Positions 22,786 through 35,660 are shown, counted from the stretch's first letter. The stretch: DNA of 64,000 bases from Vitrella brassicaformis CCMP3155 (GCA_001179505.1 CDMY01000321.1:1-64000), one strand, 5' to 3'. Notes: generated by a model not told the origin, from the sequence alone. A program made the numbers and translations.

Positions 22786-25700
22786 ATGCGGATTCCCTGG
22801 TTTTGTTTCTTTGCGGCCTTGTCATGGCCGCCATGCGTGCATGCGCAGACGAACCTCACGCTCTTAGGCATCTTCTCTCACTCTGACCCTGGCGCACCAC
22901 CGCCATATCTGTGAGCAATACATGGACGAACAGATCACAAATGGTCGAGGACCCTAGGTCGAGGACTTGACTGCTGTTCACTTCGTCTCTTGTTTGCGCA
23001 GGCGTCATGAGCCAATCATATCAAAAGGTCAGCACGAGTCGCGGAGGTGAGTCCTGTTGTTTGTTGCATGTGGTGTCTGTTTGTTTTTTCCTGCAGCTCT
23101 CGATGAAGTCAACGCCGATCCCAGATATCTGCCAGGCCACACCTTGCAGATGCAGATCATCGAGCCACAGGAATGCACTACAGGTATGCACGCACAAACA
23201 CGCCCCGTCCATCTGTCGCCTGAGTCTATGTGCCTGTCTATCTGCCTGTCTGCATGGCCTGCAGACAACATCACGCGAAGCACACTCATGGCTTTACAGA
23301 ACAAGTGTGTAAGGCACACAGATAGGCAAGCAATCATGCACTTTTATGGCTGTCCCGGTGTCCATGGCAGCCAGGATATTGTGGGAATTTTCGGTGACAG
23401 CTGCCTGTAAGTGTGATAGGTGCACAGATGCATACCTCCATGAATAGATAAACGTCTGCGCTTGTCGGTATGTGCGTCTCCCTGTCTGTCTGCAGTATTG
23501 GATGCGAGACGCTCAGCGCCATTGCTGAGGGCTTCAATCGTCTGGCCAAGGTGTCAAAAGAAAGCACTACCTGTTCTTCCCCCGTCATGTTGTCTGGTCA
23601 AATCTGTTGGTTCATGCGGTGCAGTCGTACTATTGCCAGCGGCCGCCTGGGGCTGATTACCGTTTCATCGTTTCAACTCTCGGGCCATCTACACAAGTGA
23701 CTGAGTGGGGAATCGCTCATGCCTCCTGTGATGTCTCACCGAGAGTGCGCTGTGCAGTGGGTATCGGTGATGGGAGAGCTGGCAAAAGCTTTCAAATGGA
23801 ACCGCTTTTATCTTGTCACAGAGGTTTGGCCAGACAATGAGACAACTATGCACCCTCTCCACCTCTCCGTCTGCCTGTTGCTTCCCTCTCCCTCCCCAGA
23901 CCTATGATGACCCGTTGGTCGAGGCCATGCAGGCCGAGCTGCAACGAGTCGGCGTTGCGGAGCCCAATGCAAGAACATGGGTCTTCGAGACGCCAGGGGA
24001 GGCCTACGACCGCACACTGGCCGAGCTCCTCCAGCACCGCCCCCGGGTCATCGTGTATAACACCAAGGCGCCGATCGCCACTGGCATGACCTGCGCCTTC
24101 GCCCGTGCTGGCATCACGCACAAGAACAAGGACCCCGACAGTGTGCAGCAGCCGCCGGTGCTGATTGGCCTGCTCGACCGAGGCGATGACTTCAATGCGT
24201 CTCCCTGCACGAAGGAGGACCTTGAGCCGATCGTGTGGGGGGAGATGCACTTCTACGCACCCGTGTGGCCACACCTCTTTGCCGGGAGCATAAGCCATAC
24301 ATTCAGTGGCAAGGACTCCAGGACGGTGAGCAAATCAGAGGTCGAACAGACAAATGAAGAAGCAACACAAAGTTGCGGAGGATATGTGATCGTGGCTGCA
24401 GACCTTCAACGAATTCATGGGCTCGTGTTTTGCGTCTAGTCCCCCGGTGCCTTGTGACCCATTCAGGGCCAACTATGTCTACGACACGGTGTGGGAATGG
24501 GCCGTGTTGCTGCATGAGTGGTTCGACAGCGGCAACACACTCGCTGACCTGGTCCGTATGCACAGCCACCCGCTATGCACGCCATCTGTGTGCTCTTAAT
24601 CCATTCTTGCAGGAAAATCCCAACCGAACCACTCTCGATTGGTTCTGGCAGGAGAATCTGAACCTCGTGAGGGCGGGGAGAAATGGATATCCATCTATTG
24701 GTCCCTGGGACAAAATGTTTTTTGCAGAACTATGTCGGGTTCAGCCAGGCGGTCAGCTACCTGAGCAACGGCGATCGGGCGTCAGATGTCATTGTGTTTC
24801 AAACATTTGGAGCCGACCAGCAGGCGTCCGATTTCGACGCCTTTCCTTTCTTGATTGGTTCGTTCGCCACCGGGAGTTACATTTGGCCTCCGCCCAACTA
24901 TCTGGGACCAATCCAATGGCCAGACGGCACCTTCTACTGGGGCTTCAACAGTTCAGGCACACTCTTCAATTCTACCCCGCCCGTCTGCCCAGAGGGACAC
25001 TACGTCAACACAACTGTAAGCAAGCATCTGTGCATAATCCAGGCTCATAGAGACTCTTATTGTGTATGTGTGTGTGCAGGGTAGGTGTGTGCCGTGCCCT
25101 GTGGGGGAGGCTAACGACCAAGTTGACCAGTGGGAGTGCGAGCCGTGCCAAGACGGCTTCTACCAGAACAAGACAGGCCAAAGCGAATGCGACATCTGCC
25201 CGGTCAGTCAAACGATGAGTCGCCCAGGTGTCGACTGACTCCAGGTGGATCGCTGATTGTGTTCTGTAGACAGGACAGTTCTCAAAGCCGCATGCTGTCG
25301 ATTGCACACTCTGCGAGTGAGTGACGGAGGGACACAGAGACCGGTCTCTTGACTGGGCCATATGTGCTTGTGTAGGCCCGGCAGCTATCAGGATCTCGTT
25401 GCTCAGAGCGGTGACGCATTCGTACACACCGGGCACATACGCACACACACACACACACACACGCACAGAGGGAGAGAAAGATAGAGAGAGACATACAGGT
25501 GTTGTCGCATGAGTGCAGAGTGCAACATCTGCCCTGTCGGCAGCTTCAGCAACACGACCGGTGCGAAGGAGTGCATACTCTGCCCACCTGGCACGTATCA
25601 GCCAGACTTGAACAGCACACGATGCCTGGTGGGTCTAGACACGCATTGACGCACACATCATGATGTGTGTGACACACTATGGCGGCATGGCGGCATGGAT

Positions 25701-28700
25701 GGATGAATGGATGCATTTCAGTCCTGTCTGGCGACAAAGACCACTGCACGGATCGGCTCAAGAAGCATTGACGAACGCACGTGCGTCGAGGGCATGTTCC
25801 TCGACATCAAGAACGACCGATGCATAAGTGAGACACCGCTGTCTCTACCCACCTTGGGGACCATAGTCATGTCTCTCTTCCCTCTGCACAGGCTGTGACT
25901 CCAGCCGGTACACGGGCCTTGACTGTGTCGGCACTGGCGGCATGTACCAGCTGCCGTTGCTCCAACAGAACTATTGGGCCGAAATTGTTGAGGACAAATC
26001 GGATTTTAGCGACATTGAGGTCTATCGTTGCCTGGAGGTCGATGCGTGCCCTGGTCCATAGGCACGTATCCAAACATAGGCACACATGTACAGATCCGGT
26101 GTGCGTGCACGTGGGAGTCCTGACCCGGACCTGGTGGACACGCTGCCGATGTGCGGAGAGGGCCGGGAAGGGAGAGCATGCTCGTAAACTGCAGTCGCAC
26201 ACACATACACTGCCTGGGTGTCTAAGTGTGAAGGGTGTGTGGATGCATTCATGGGTTCCTTTCAGAGTGTGCAAGGAGGGCTACTACAAGAGCGGCGGCA
26301 AATGCATCGACTGTGGCTCGGACGCGCAGAGCGTCGTGCCCTTCGTCTTCACCATCATAATCCTCTTCCTCCTTGGCCTGCTCTTCCACGTGTTCGTCAA
26401 CGCTCCGCAGAGCAGGAAGATCGCCGTCACCCTCAACATCTCACTCACACTCGGAATGCTCATCAACTTCATGCAAAACCTCACGTACGCACAACGCTGT
26501 TGCCTTCACACAACGGGCACCAGGTCGTGTTGTGCTGGTGATTCTTTGGTGCAGCATCGTCGGTGCGGCCATGCACCAAACCAATCACTCACTGATTGTT
26601 TGTCTGAGGCTTCCTGCCTTCCCTGTCCTATGCCAGGGACGTTCAACATCAAATTCCCGTCGTATATGAAAGGGCTCTTCAAAGTGTCCTCGATTTTCCT
26701 GTTCGACATCCACTTCGTCCGAATCGGTGTGTGTATGGGGGACCGACCATCCATTCGTGCCCTGGTCCATGTGCGTATGTGTGTGGTGAAGGCTGCGTGG
26801 TTGGCCGGACGCCTCTCGCGAGCTATGTCACGAGGCAGCTGGTGCCGATCGTCCTGGCCATCATATTCTACTCGCTGTGGGGTCTCTTCTGGTGCCTCAA
26901 GCAGATGAGACTCTTCCCAGGCAGGCCGTAACCGCACCCACACGTGCATTCACCTCAGCTCATGCATGTCTCATGCCCTGTGTGTGCACAGGAGCAGATT
27001 ATGAGATCCCGAGGGAGCGCAGCCGTAGATCGTCGCTCACAAGGGTCATGTTTCGAGTGGCTCACGGGAAGGTAGGCAGACAAGCGAGAAGCACACACTC
27101 ACGCCCCCTGCGTTCATCCCTTATGCATCCAGGACGTCTCTCGGCGTATCCACAGAGCGCCCGATAGCGACGCCAAGCCCCAGCACAAGGTGAGCAGCAC
27201 CACAGAGGACGCCAACAACAATAACAACAACAACAACGACGACGACGAGCTGCCAGATGAGGCCTTCCCCACCGGCGGCGAGCTCGCAGAGGAGCCGGCG
27301 GACCAGCAGGAGGCCCGGCGCCGTGTGTCCAACATGGATGTGCTGTCACCCAGCATGAGGGAGCGCACTCATCACATGTTGAAGGATGTCGCTGAGGAGG
27401 AGAAAGAGAAGGAAGACAAGATCATGATAACGGCGGCGTTTGCGGGGTCAAGGAACCCGTTTGTGAGGTGGGTGGAGACGCTCGTCGCGGCCGACATCTT
27501 TAACTTTGACAAATATTGCAACAGGTGTCACGAGGGAGGGAGTAGGGGAGAAAGCTGGCTGTCTTCTTGTCATGTGTGTGAGTGGTGTGAGTGCAGTCTG
27601 GGTATGGCTATTCAAATCCTCTACATCTCGTTTGTCAACAATGCATGTGCCGCATTCCAGGTACACACACAGAGAGTTGGATGGATGGATGGATGCGTGT
27701 GTGCAGTGTTTTGACCATCCGAACGGCAAGAGCACGTTGCTCGAGTATCCTGAGATCCTCTGCGACAGCCAGGAGTGGCGCTCTCAGTTCCTCCCAATCG
27801 GCGTGCTCGTGATGATCATCTACGTGGTACCAATGCACTCCATAGACAGCCAACACAGACAGGCAGACAGAGAGCCAGACAGGCAGACAGACGGATGGCG
27901 ATCCATCCATCTATGCCCATGTCGGGGTGTCCGTCTGTCTGTGCAGGGTGGCGTGTATGCCTTCTTCTCCTACATCAGTATTGTGGCTCCCTGGTATTAC
28001 GAGTACGTTTCATTCAAGGAACGATTCCAATTCCTATTCTTCCGGTGAGTGAGTCAGTCAGTCAGTCACAGAGAGGGAGGAAAGGACCGCAACCTACCTA
28101 GTGTTGCTGTCTGTGTCTGTGTTCGCTTGTTTGCGTGCAGATTTCGGCCTGATGTCTACTGGTAAGCAGCCCTCGTGTCTCGTACAAGAATCCCCTTTGC
28201 GATGTCCTGTCTGTCGGTGTGGCCCGCAATCAGGTGGGGAGTGATCTTGCTGGCTCGCAACGGGCTGCTGGCGACTGTCACGGGTACGCAGATTTGCGCG
28301 ACTATCCCACCAATGAGCTCACATGGTCTGGGTCTTTGCATTTCTGCGTGTGCAGCCATGTCGCCGAATGACGGCCAGTAAGGGACATTTGCGTGACGAT
28401 GGTCGATCGGATAATGTTGCACACCTGGCTGATGCGATTTGTGTGTGTGTGTGTGTGTGTGGTCAGTCTCCAGACTCTAATAACGGTGACACCATGGCAA
28501 ATGTCACCTTGTCACGTCTGCTGACCTGCACGTTGTTCATGCAGATTTTCATCATCATGGTGTCCCTTACTCTCCAGGTGAGCGGGGGGCACACATGAAA
28601 GGCACGACCATCGATGGCCACCGTCAGTCATTGCCTGCAGATCTTCTACTGGCCCTGGCTTTCAAATGAGAACAACTGTACACAACACAATCCCAATCAC

Positions 28701-30152
28701 AGACAGACAACGGCTGCTCTCACTCGATGGTCTGTGTTGTGTTTGTAGTCCTTGATGTGTCCTTGCTGCTGGCCTTATGCGTCATGTGTGTGAGCGGCTC
28801 GTTCTTCATCCCTCGCACAGACAAGAACGAGGACGTCTTCGCGGGCACACTTATGGGCACTGTCGTCATCAGCTTCACACTCGTCCTGGCCAGCATCATA
28901 CTGCCCATCGTCTTCTCGTCGAGTGCTCGCCTGAAAAAGATCGAAGAAATGAAGCTCAAGAAGCTGGCGATCGACTCCAAGATCGTGAGCAGGCTGGAAT
29001 TGGAGAAGTGCGACTGCCGGATGCCAGCTCTGTCTGTCTGTAATCAGGTGGGGTATTGCCTGTACAACACGCCTGCCAACCTGCTGGTGACCAGGCAGAC
29101 GGCCATCCTCACACAACACAACATGTGCTGCTTAGATACACACGTGTGTGCGTGTCGTTGTTTGTGCATGCAGGAGGGGGACCTGGATACGGTGACGGCC
29201 CTCGATCGGCGAAAACTGAGACAGACAGTCGATATGCTCAAAGTGAGAGTTACAGGCTGGCCAGATAGGCTCGCACTCATGCACGCTTGTCGATTGTTGT
29301 GGTGCGTGTCTCGATGCAGCTGGAGGCCATCGACAAGCCTCTCTACCTGAGAGGCCTGCACAAAGTCCTCGAAAAAGACGGTTTGTGCTCAACCATCAGA
29401 GAGACAGCTACATGCGCCTACCTGCTCCCGCCTCCGTGTGTGTGTGTGTGTGTGTGTAGCCGGCGGGCTCGTGCCGGACTCGCTCTACGAAGGCGAGTAC
29501 GACATCAGCATGAAGAGATCAGGGTGAGCAAAGGAAAAGGCCGTCTGCATTTGTATATGATGGATGCCTCCTGCCGCAGTCGGCTAACGCGAGCGCACAT
29601 GGTGAGCCAGAGGACGGGCCTCGGTCCTCTAAGCGTCATGAGTAGCTCCGAATCTGTCGACCGCAAAGGCAAGGGCGGCGGTGACGGGGCCGACAGGGGC
29701 GGCAGGGTGAGACGGCCGTCAGTCGTCCAGTCTATAAGCCCCACAATGCACTCGCCAGATCAATCACCCGTCCGCAAGCCGCCGCCACCGCAGCACCAGA
29801 CGAGGTAGGCACCTACGAACACGCCACAGCAGTCAAATCACATGCAGCACTGATTTGTGTGATGTGCTGGTGTTGCGTTTCTCTCATGCATGAGTGCAGT
29901 CCTGGATTTGGTTCCATGGAGAGTTATGAGAGCGATGAGGGCAGCGTGGGGAATGACGACACCGGCGTGCAGCACCCCTTCGGCGCCAACCCCCAGCCGA
30001 CCATCGCGCAGCCGACCCCACAAGAGGCTGAGCAGCAGCAACACATCGAAATCGGGCCGATCGACGACGGCCATGGTGAGACACGCAACAACGTCGAAGG
30101 TGATGACGGCGCGCTGAGCCCCGCCCACCGGCAGCCTGTAACGGATTTGTAG
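22786..30152 (+). CDS. Large surface receptor-like protein: signal peptide, ANF/periplasmic-binding-type-1-like ectodomain, GCC2/GCC3 (ephrin-receptor-like) Cys repeats, ~8-9 TM domain, cytosolic tail
   Basis: Signal peptide MRIPWFCFFAALSWPPCVHA|Q; PIISKALDEVNADPRYLPGHTL; AELAKAFKWNRFYLV; repeats CVPCPVG, CEPCQDGFYQNKTGQSEC, CILCPPGTYQ; NYW..VYRC..CPG; CGEGREGRACSVCKEGYY; TM region with FKERFQFLFFRFRPDVYWWGVILLAR; more than 25 exons. Confidence 0.8.
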
Positions 30153-30514
30153 AGTGAGTATGCTCTCTGTGTGACTGTAAGGGTGTAATCTCTCTGTGTC
30201 CTTTGTGTGCTGTTTTTTGAGGTTTGAATGTAATTGCATACGTGTGGCTGTGTTTGGGGGTGTTTTCCTTCCCGTGCATGCGGTGCGAGTACAGGTGTTG
30301 GTTCGTGTCGACGAGTGAGTTGTAGGCATGCATATGTTTGTAGGTCACTCACACACACATGAGCACGACGCACACTCCAATTAATGGCGTGAATGCATAC
30401 ACAGATGTGTTGTCTCCACGCGCTCGCCCACGACACGCACAAAGCCCCACAGACACAAAGTCCGTGCCAAAAGCACCCAACGCGCAGAAATACGAAAAAC
30501 CGACAATACACACG

Positions 30515-31843
30515 TCACTCGCCCATTTGTTGCCCACCCATCTGCTCGCGGGCCGTCTGCATGATCTGGGCAATGGCGATCGACTCATCCAGCGGACACT
30601 CAGGCATCTCCAGCAGCCCCTCCTTGACACACTGGCCCACCCTCTCGGCCTCATAAGCCAGCCCCTCTGAATTCGCGAAGAAGAAACGAAAGTCCTCAGG
30701 TATGCCCCCCTCACCCGGTCGCCACGCGGGCAGCTCAAATGTATGATCGTCACGCACGGAGCCGCCGTCGGTGTAGAGAACACACGTGACGTGGGTGGGG
30801 CAGTGCATGATGCGGTGCACCTCGACATGTCCCTTGTCGCCAAGGATACGCGCCGTCTGCGAGCGGCGGCCGTCGGTGCCGAAGTGCAGCACAGCGAGAG
30901 TCCTCAGCCTGGCCGATGGGTCGCTCTTGTCATCGAAAGTCATGGAGATGCCCCCATTGAGGTCCACCTGCTCTACTGGGTCCATCACGCCCGCGGCAGC
31001 GATGGAGAGCGGCCGCCAGCTTTTGGCTGGAGTGCCCAGGAGATGCGTCGCATACTGCACCGTGTAGCAGCCTGATGCACACATATGCATGGTGGTAGAG
31101 AGATCTCACTCACAGTCCCCTGTGGCTGTCTGTGTGCGTTAGATAGACGGACCAATGTCGTAGATTGCCCCTCCTCCCAGCTCCTTGAGGCGCGTGCGGC
31201 TGTCTTGCGCGGCGAGGAAGCCGAAGTCGCAGTGGATGGCCGACACGCGGCCGATGGTACCCTCCGAAACGATCTCGTCGATCTTCTTAAATGCAGGAAA
31301 GTGACGTGTCCAGAAACCTGAAAGAAACCGCAGCGCACGCGCGGAATGTCAATCACGCTGCTGCGGAGCGATGTGCTCGGACCCACCTTCAGTCAGGAAG
31401 CTCTTGTTGTCCCGCGCGACCTTCACCATCTCTTTCACCTCCTCGACTGTCATGCCAAGCGGCTTCTCGCAGACGACATTGCGACCGTTGCGCAGCAGCT
31501 CACACACCACGTCCTTGTGCTTGGTGTTGATCAGCCCCACATAGCACACGTCCACAGCGAGCGACCTGTCCCGCGCCAGCTCATCATAGCTGCCGTATGC
31601 CTTCCCGATGCCGAAGCGTTTGGCGAATGCCTGGGCCTTGGGCAGCTCTCGTGCGGCCACGGCAACGGTCTCGGCATTGTCCACAAGCTTGAGGGCCGCA
31701 CAGAAATCAGAACAGATGTTGCCTGCAATGACATGACAAGAACGTTCGGAAAGAGCAACGAGGGTGCAGATCAGGTGGCGTTTCGTCTTTGTACCCGTTC
31801 CTATGACGGCCCATCGAACCTTTGAGCCATCTCCCGCACTCAT
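30515..31843 (-). CDS. Gfo/Idh/MocA oxidoreductase, dihydrodiol dehydrogenase (DHDH)-like
   Basis: VRWAVIGTG|NICSDF, VAVAAR, AYGSYDELA, VVCEKPL, FWTRHFPA, LGGGAIYDIG|CY, GLAYEAERVGQCVKEGLLEMPECPLDES. Confidence 0.9.
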
Positions 31844-31966
31844 TGCGGAAAGTCACTGGCGCACACGGGCTGTAACCAATTGGCGGCCGAAAACAGCAGG
31901 CGCCAGATCTCCGACAGATATCCTGCCGTGCGCGTTCCCACTCGCTGCTGCTCCTTGGTTGCTGCC

Positions 31967-31997
31967 TGCGAGCTGAGCTGTCCCCCCGGTGCGAGCT
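31967..31997. promoter_or_regulatory. Two TGCGAGCT copies in the DHDH/APE1 spacer
   Basis: Exact octamers at 31967-31974 and 31990-31997. Confidence 0.6.
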
Positions 31998-32030
31998 CAA
32001 GATTGGTACTGTTGGGATCTCGTCTGCAAA

Positions 32031-34046
32031 ATGAAGAGCGTGGCGCTTATCTTGATGCTGGCAGCCTCCGGGGATGCATTCCAGCTGCCGCATTCAAGAC
32101 CAGCCTCCCATCTTTCACGCGATGCTTCGCGCAGATCAGCCCTTTCCCTATCACGAGCAAGGCGGCCGCCGCCGCACACAGTGCGCATGATGGGCGAGGA
32201 CATGATATCGGGCGGCTTCAGCACCAAAGGCGAGCCGCCAATTCAGATCAGGGGCTTCTCCCTCGCGAAGGCGACTTTGCTGGCCGGTTCTGTGATCACT
32301 TTGGCGTCGTTTTGGGAGTTCTTCGGGCAGAAGGGCGGCAGTGGGCTGGGCAGCCTTGGGTTCATTTACGGTGTTCCGATATTGCTGATTGGGGTGGCAC
32401 TGCAGTATGCGGAGCTGGAGCCCTGCCCCGTGAGGACGACGTCAGAAGGTCAGTCGAGTTAGTCAGAGAGGGAGGAGGGACCGGTAGATCTCGTCGTCTG
32501 CGATGTGCCTGGGATACTTATTGTCTTGGTATGGCTGCAGCTGATCGGATGTTTGATGCGAAGGCCACTGAGACCATCAAGAAGATCAAGGAGGACGTGA
32601 CGCGGCACAGGTGAGATGCGTGGCTTGTTAAGGCGGCCAGGGTGGCTGGCGCTGACTGGTTGTGTGCGCCGTGGTTGATAGGTATGGTGACGATGCGCAT
32701 TTGGACACGACAGTGGAGTCTTTGGGTCTGTGGCCAAACCCTGAGAAGGAGCCGCCACAACTGCAATACATTCAGCAGGTAGGCAGGTAGGCAGGCCCGC
32801 TCATGCAGTCGCGGAAGGACAGGCAGGCCATGAGTCAGTCGCTCTTCCTGTGTGTGTGCCTGTGATGTGTGTGCCAGGGTGTGTCGCCCGACGGTGAGCT
32901 GGAGTTCATGATGGTGTGGAAGAGCGAAACCACGCCTTTCAGGATGTGGTGCGACGTCAACAGAGTCCTCAAGTGAGCCTTGCAGGGCAGGCAGGAGGAC
33001 GGACACAGAAGCACACGCTCGTAAGTAAGGATGGGTGTGGTGTGGATGCCCATCCGTCCCGTCTGCAGGTTTGACCGGTACTTCGGTCCGGGTGTGTGGG
33101 CGCAGACCGTCAAGGTGGACGGCCCCAATAGGCTGGTGGGCATCAAGCTCACCACAGGGGAGAGGAAGGCACCGCCAGTCGACCCACTCGCCGACGTCAC
33201 CGAACAGGGTGCGTATGCTGGCGGGGCGAGCCGAGAGGATGCTGTCAGCAGCACGGGTGTGAAGTCTTGTGTTGGTTTGTTTGCCTGTCTGCTCACAGAG
33301 ATCAAGGCGACTAAGCCCATCGTAGAAGTCGACGTGAGCCAAGGGCGAAAGAAGCAGAAGTCATGCCATCTGTCTATCTCCTGCGATGTGGATCCTGCTG
33401 CTGTGCTGCATGTGCTGCATGGATGATCAGGGCAAGGCGATAGTAGCCGACACGGAGGCACCGTACACGTTGTTCTACTTCCCTGAGGACCCCTTCTCGA
33501 GGAAAGTCATGGAGTTCATGGAGGCCAACAGCATCGACCAGTCAACCGTCGCCCTCAAAAACATTATGGTCGGTCAGCTGCGACGTGTGGCTGTGACCCA
33601 GTCAGTATACTATGCACCAGCTCTTGTCTGTGTTGGGTAAATTGTTCAGGAGTCGGACAAGCCTTATCGCAATCAACTGATGGCACTGGGCGGGTCAACA
33701 CAGGTGAGGTGGGTTTGGGCAGGTAGCTGATCTGATGGGTGGAGTGGATGGATCCAAGGATGGCTATGCGCATCTGCCTCTGTGCGATATCAGGTGCCCG
33801 CCCTTCAGACGAGTCCCGACAGCGTCATGTATGGCTCGGGGGACATCATCTCACACTTACAAGACAATCTCGTCAAGGCACCAACCACTAAGGAGGCAGA
33901 GGCGCCAAAAGAGAAGGGTACGTGCCTCACTGCGCCACATAGATGTCGGTGCACTCATCCCTCTCTCCCTTTGTCTGTCTGTCTGTCTGTCTGTCTCTGT
34001 GTGTGTGTGTGTGTGTGTGTGCGTAGTCGAGGCACAAGAGGTGTAG
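32031..34046 (+). CDS. APE1: Plastid-targeted APE1/Slr0575 (DUF2854) thylakoid protein fused to a C-terminal glutaredoxin/GST-N-like domain
   Basis: Leader MKSVALILMLAASGDAF; GFIYGVPILLIGVALQYAELEP; KIKEDVTRHR|YGDDAHLD; FDRYFGPGV; then YTLFYFPEDPFSRKV...LMALGGSTQ|VPAL...YGSGDIISHL. All junctions are in frame. Confidence 0.85.
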
Positions 34047-34626
34047 CCTGCCTGACGGTAAATGGTGATGTCCACGGTGATATTTTTCTGCCCTTCTGTC
34101 TATTGCTTTCGTCGCCGGCTGGGTGGTCGCCTGTGTGTGAGTTACTGGGTGACTGTGAATGTGTTTGCTCGTATGGTAGCCTTCCGAAGGAAGAGCAGCA
34201 CATCTAAGGGTGCTTGGATGGATGGATGGATAGATGAGCGAAAGACAATGGTTGATGGCGCGTCTTTCATGACGGACATGCATATTCTTGCAAGACGGTT
34301 TTCCCTAATGTCTACGTCGATCGAGGAAACTCCCATCGCCTGCCTTCAACTTTGGCGGGGAGGCTGATAACTTGTGATGGAACGGCAGCAGGAGGGGTAC
34401 AATTCATGTTGTTCAGACGCTTCATCGCCTCACGTCGTCCGACTCTCGGAATTGGCACCGCTTCGAAGGTCAGTGACTCGAGGGAGCCCTCGGCCATCGT
34501 TGTGGCCGGTCCTCCCCCTCTCTCACCAATCGCCGCCCCACCACATGGCCTTCGACGAGTGCGACGAACAGACGGAGTCTGCCAAAATAATAGTACAGCA
34601 CTCTCAGTCAAAGTAATAATACAGCG

Positions 34627-35660
34627 ATGAGGCCTCGGATCAGGGACCTCCTTCTTCTTGCCTGCCTCACCGTGCTCGGATGGCGCACGGGTGTCGGCCC
34701 TGGTGCGTTGAGTGCTCTCGGGGACTTCCGTAAGCAGACTGCCGCACACCGCCCTTGGCCTCCACATTTTCTTCTCTTCTGCTTCAGTGGGCCTCCCCAT
34801 CCCCTCAGCCATCACGGATGTTTGGGCCGCTCTTCACTCGCTGTACGGGCCCTCTTCGTCTGTGGGAGAGGACCCTAAAACCTCTGCTGTCAAGGGCTAT
34901 CTCACCGGCTCTGCAAGTCCGCTTCTCATGCCTCACACCGACGTCCCGCACAACGATTCCGTCACGACCCAACCTACCGATGTGCTGGACAAGCTCTTTG
35001 TCAACCATGATGAGATGCCGGCCCTGATGGCGACAATGCTGAAGGGGTTGATTGACACCACAAGGAAGAACATCAGGGCGGCAGGTACCTCACAGACCGA
35101 TCAGTGTCCACTCAGCCGCACATGGCTGCGACCCTCTCAGGTGTCACTGGCGGCAACATAACTTTGGATCATGAGGCCTCTCCTGTGCAGACGCCCTCAC
35201 CCCTCTTCGCCGTCGCCTGTGTTCGGCCACGCCGGTTGATGCGATTTGATGGCGGAACAGATGACAGACCGGCCCAAGATGTGACGGATGAGGAGGTGCT
35301 GGTGAAACTAACACGCTGGGCCGAAGAGCTACCGACACTCGTCGCGAATGACGGGGAAGACCTCTACCTTTTTGAGGTAACGCGGAGATGTCCAATCCAT
35401 GTGCCTCAAAAAGCGCCTGCCTTTCTCAGCGCACACAGGTCACCAAATTTATGGACGACATGCGATGTTCGCCAGAGTGGAGGTATCTGCAACAGCCCGG
35501 ACATCTGAAGAGGTTTCGGGTAAGCACCTCATGCTCAGTGTTTATCCGATCGGATCGTGATGGGCATGCGTCTGTGTATCGTCACATCAGCAACTCGGCC
35601 ACCTGAGTCCTGTCACGGAAGCACTGCTGGCGGGGAGTCCTGTCTTGGGAGTGCATGAAT
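34627..35660 (+). CDS. Hypothetical protein with N-terminal signal peptide (3' end uncertain)
   Basis: MRPRIRDLLLLACLTVLGW; successive exons (VGLPIPSA..., VTGGNITL..., VTKFMDDMR...) are bounded by GT/AG; no recognisable domain. Confidence 0.5.

Noticed and set aside
23002-23100. Apparent frameshift between receptor exons 2 and 3
   Set aside because: It is resolved by the earlier donor (AAAAG|gtcagc), giving PIISKALDEVN in frame.
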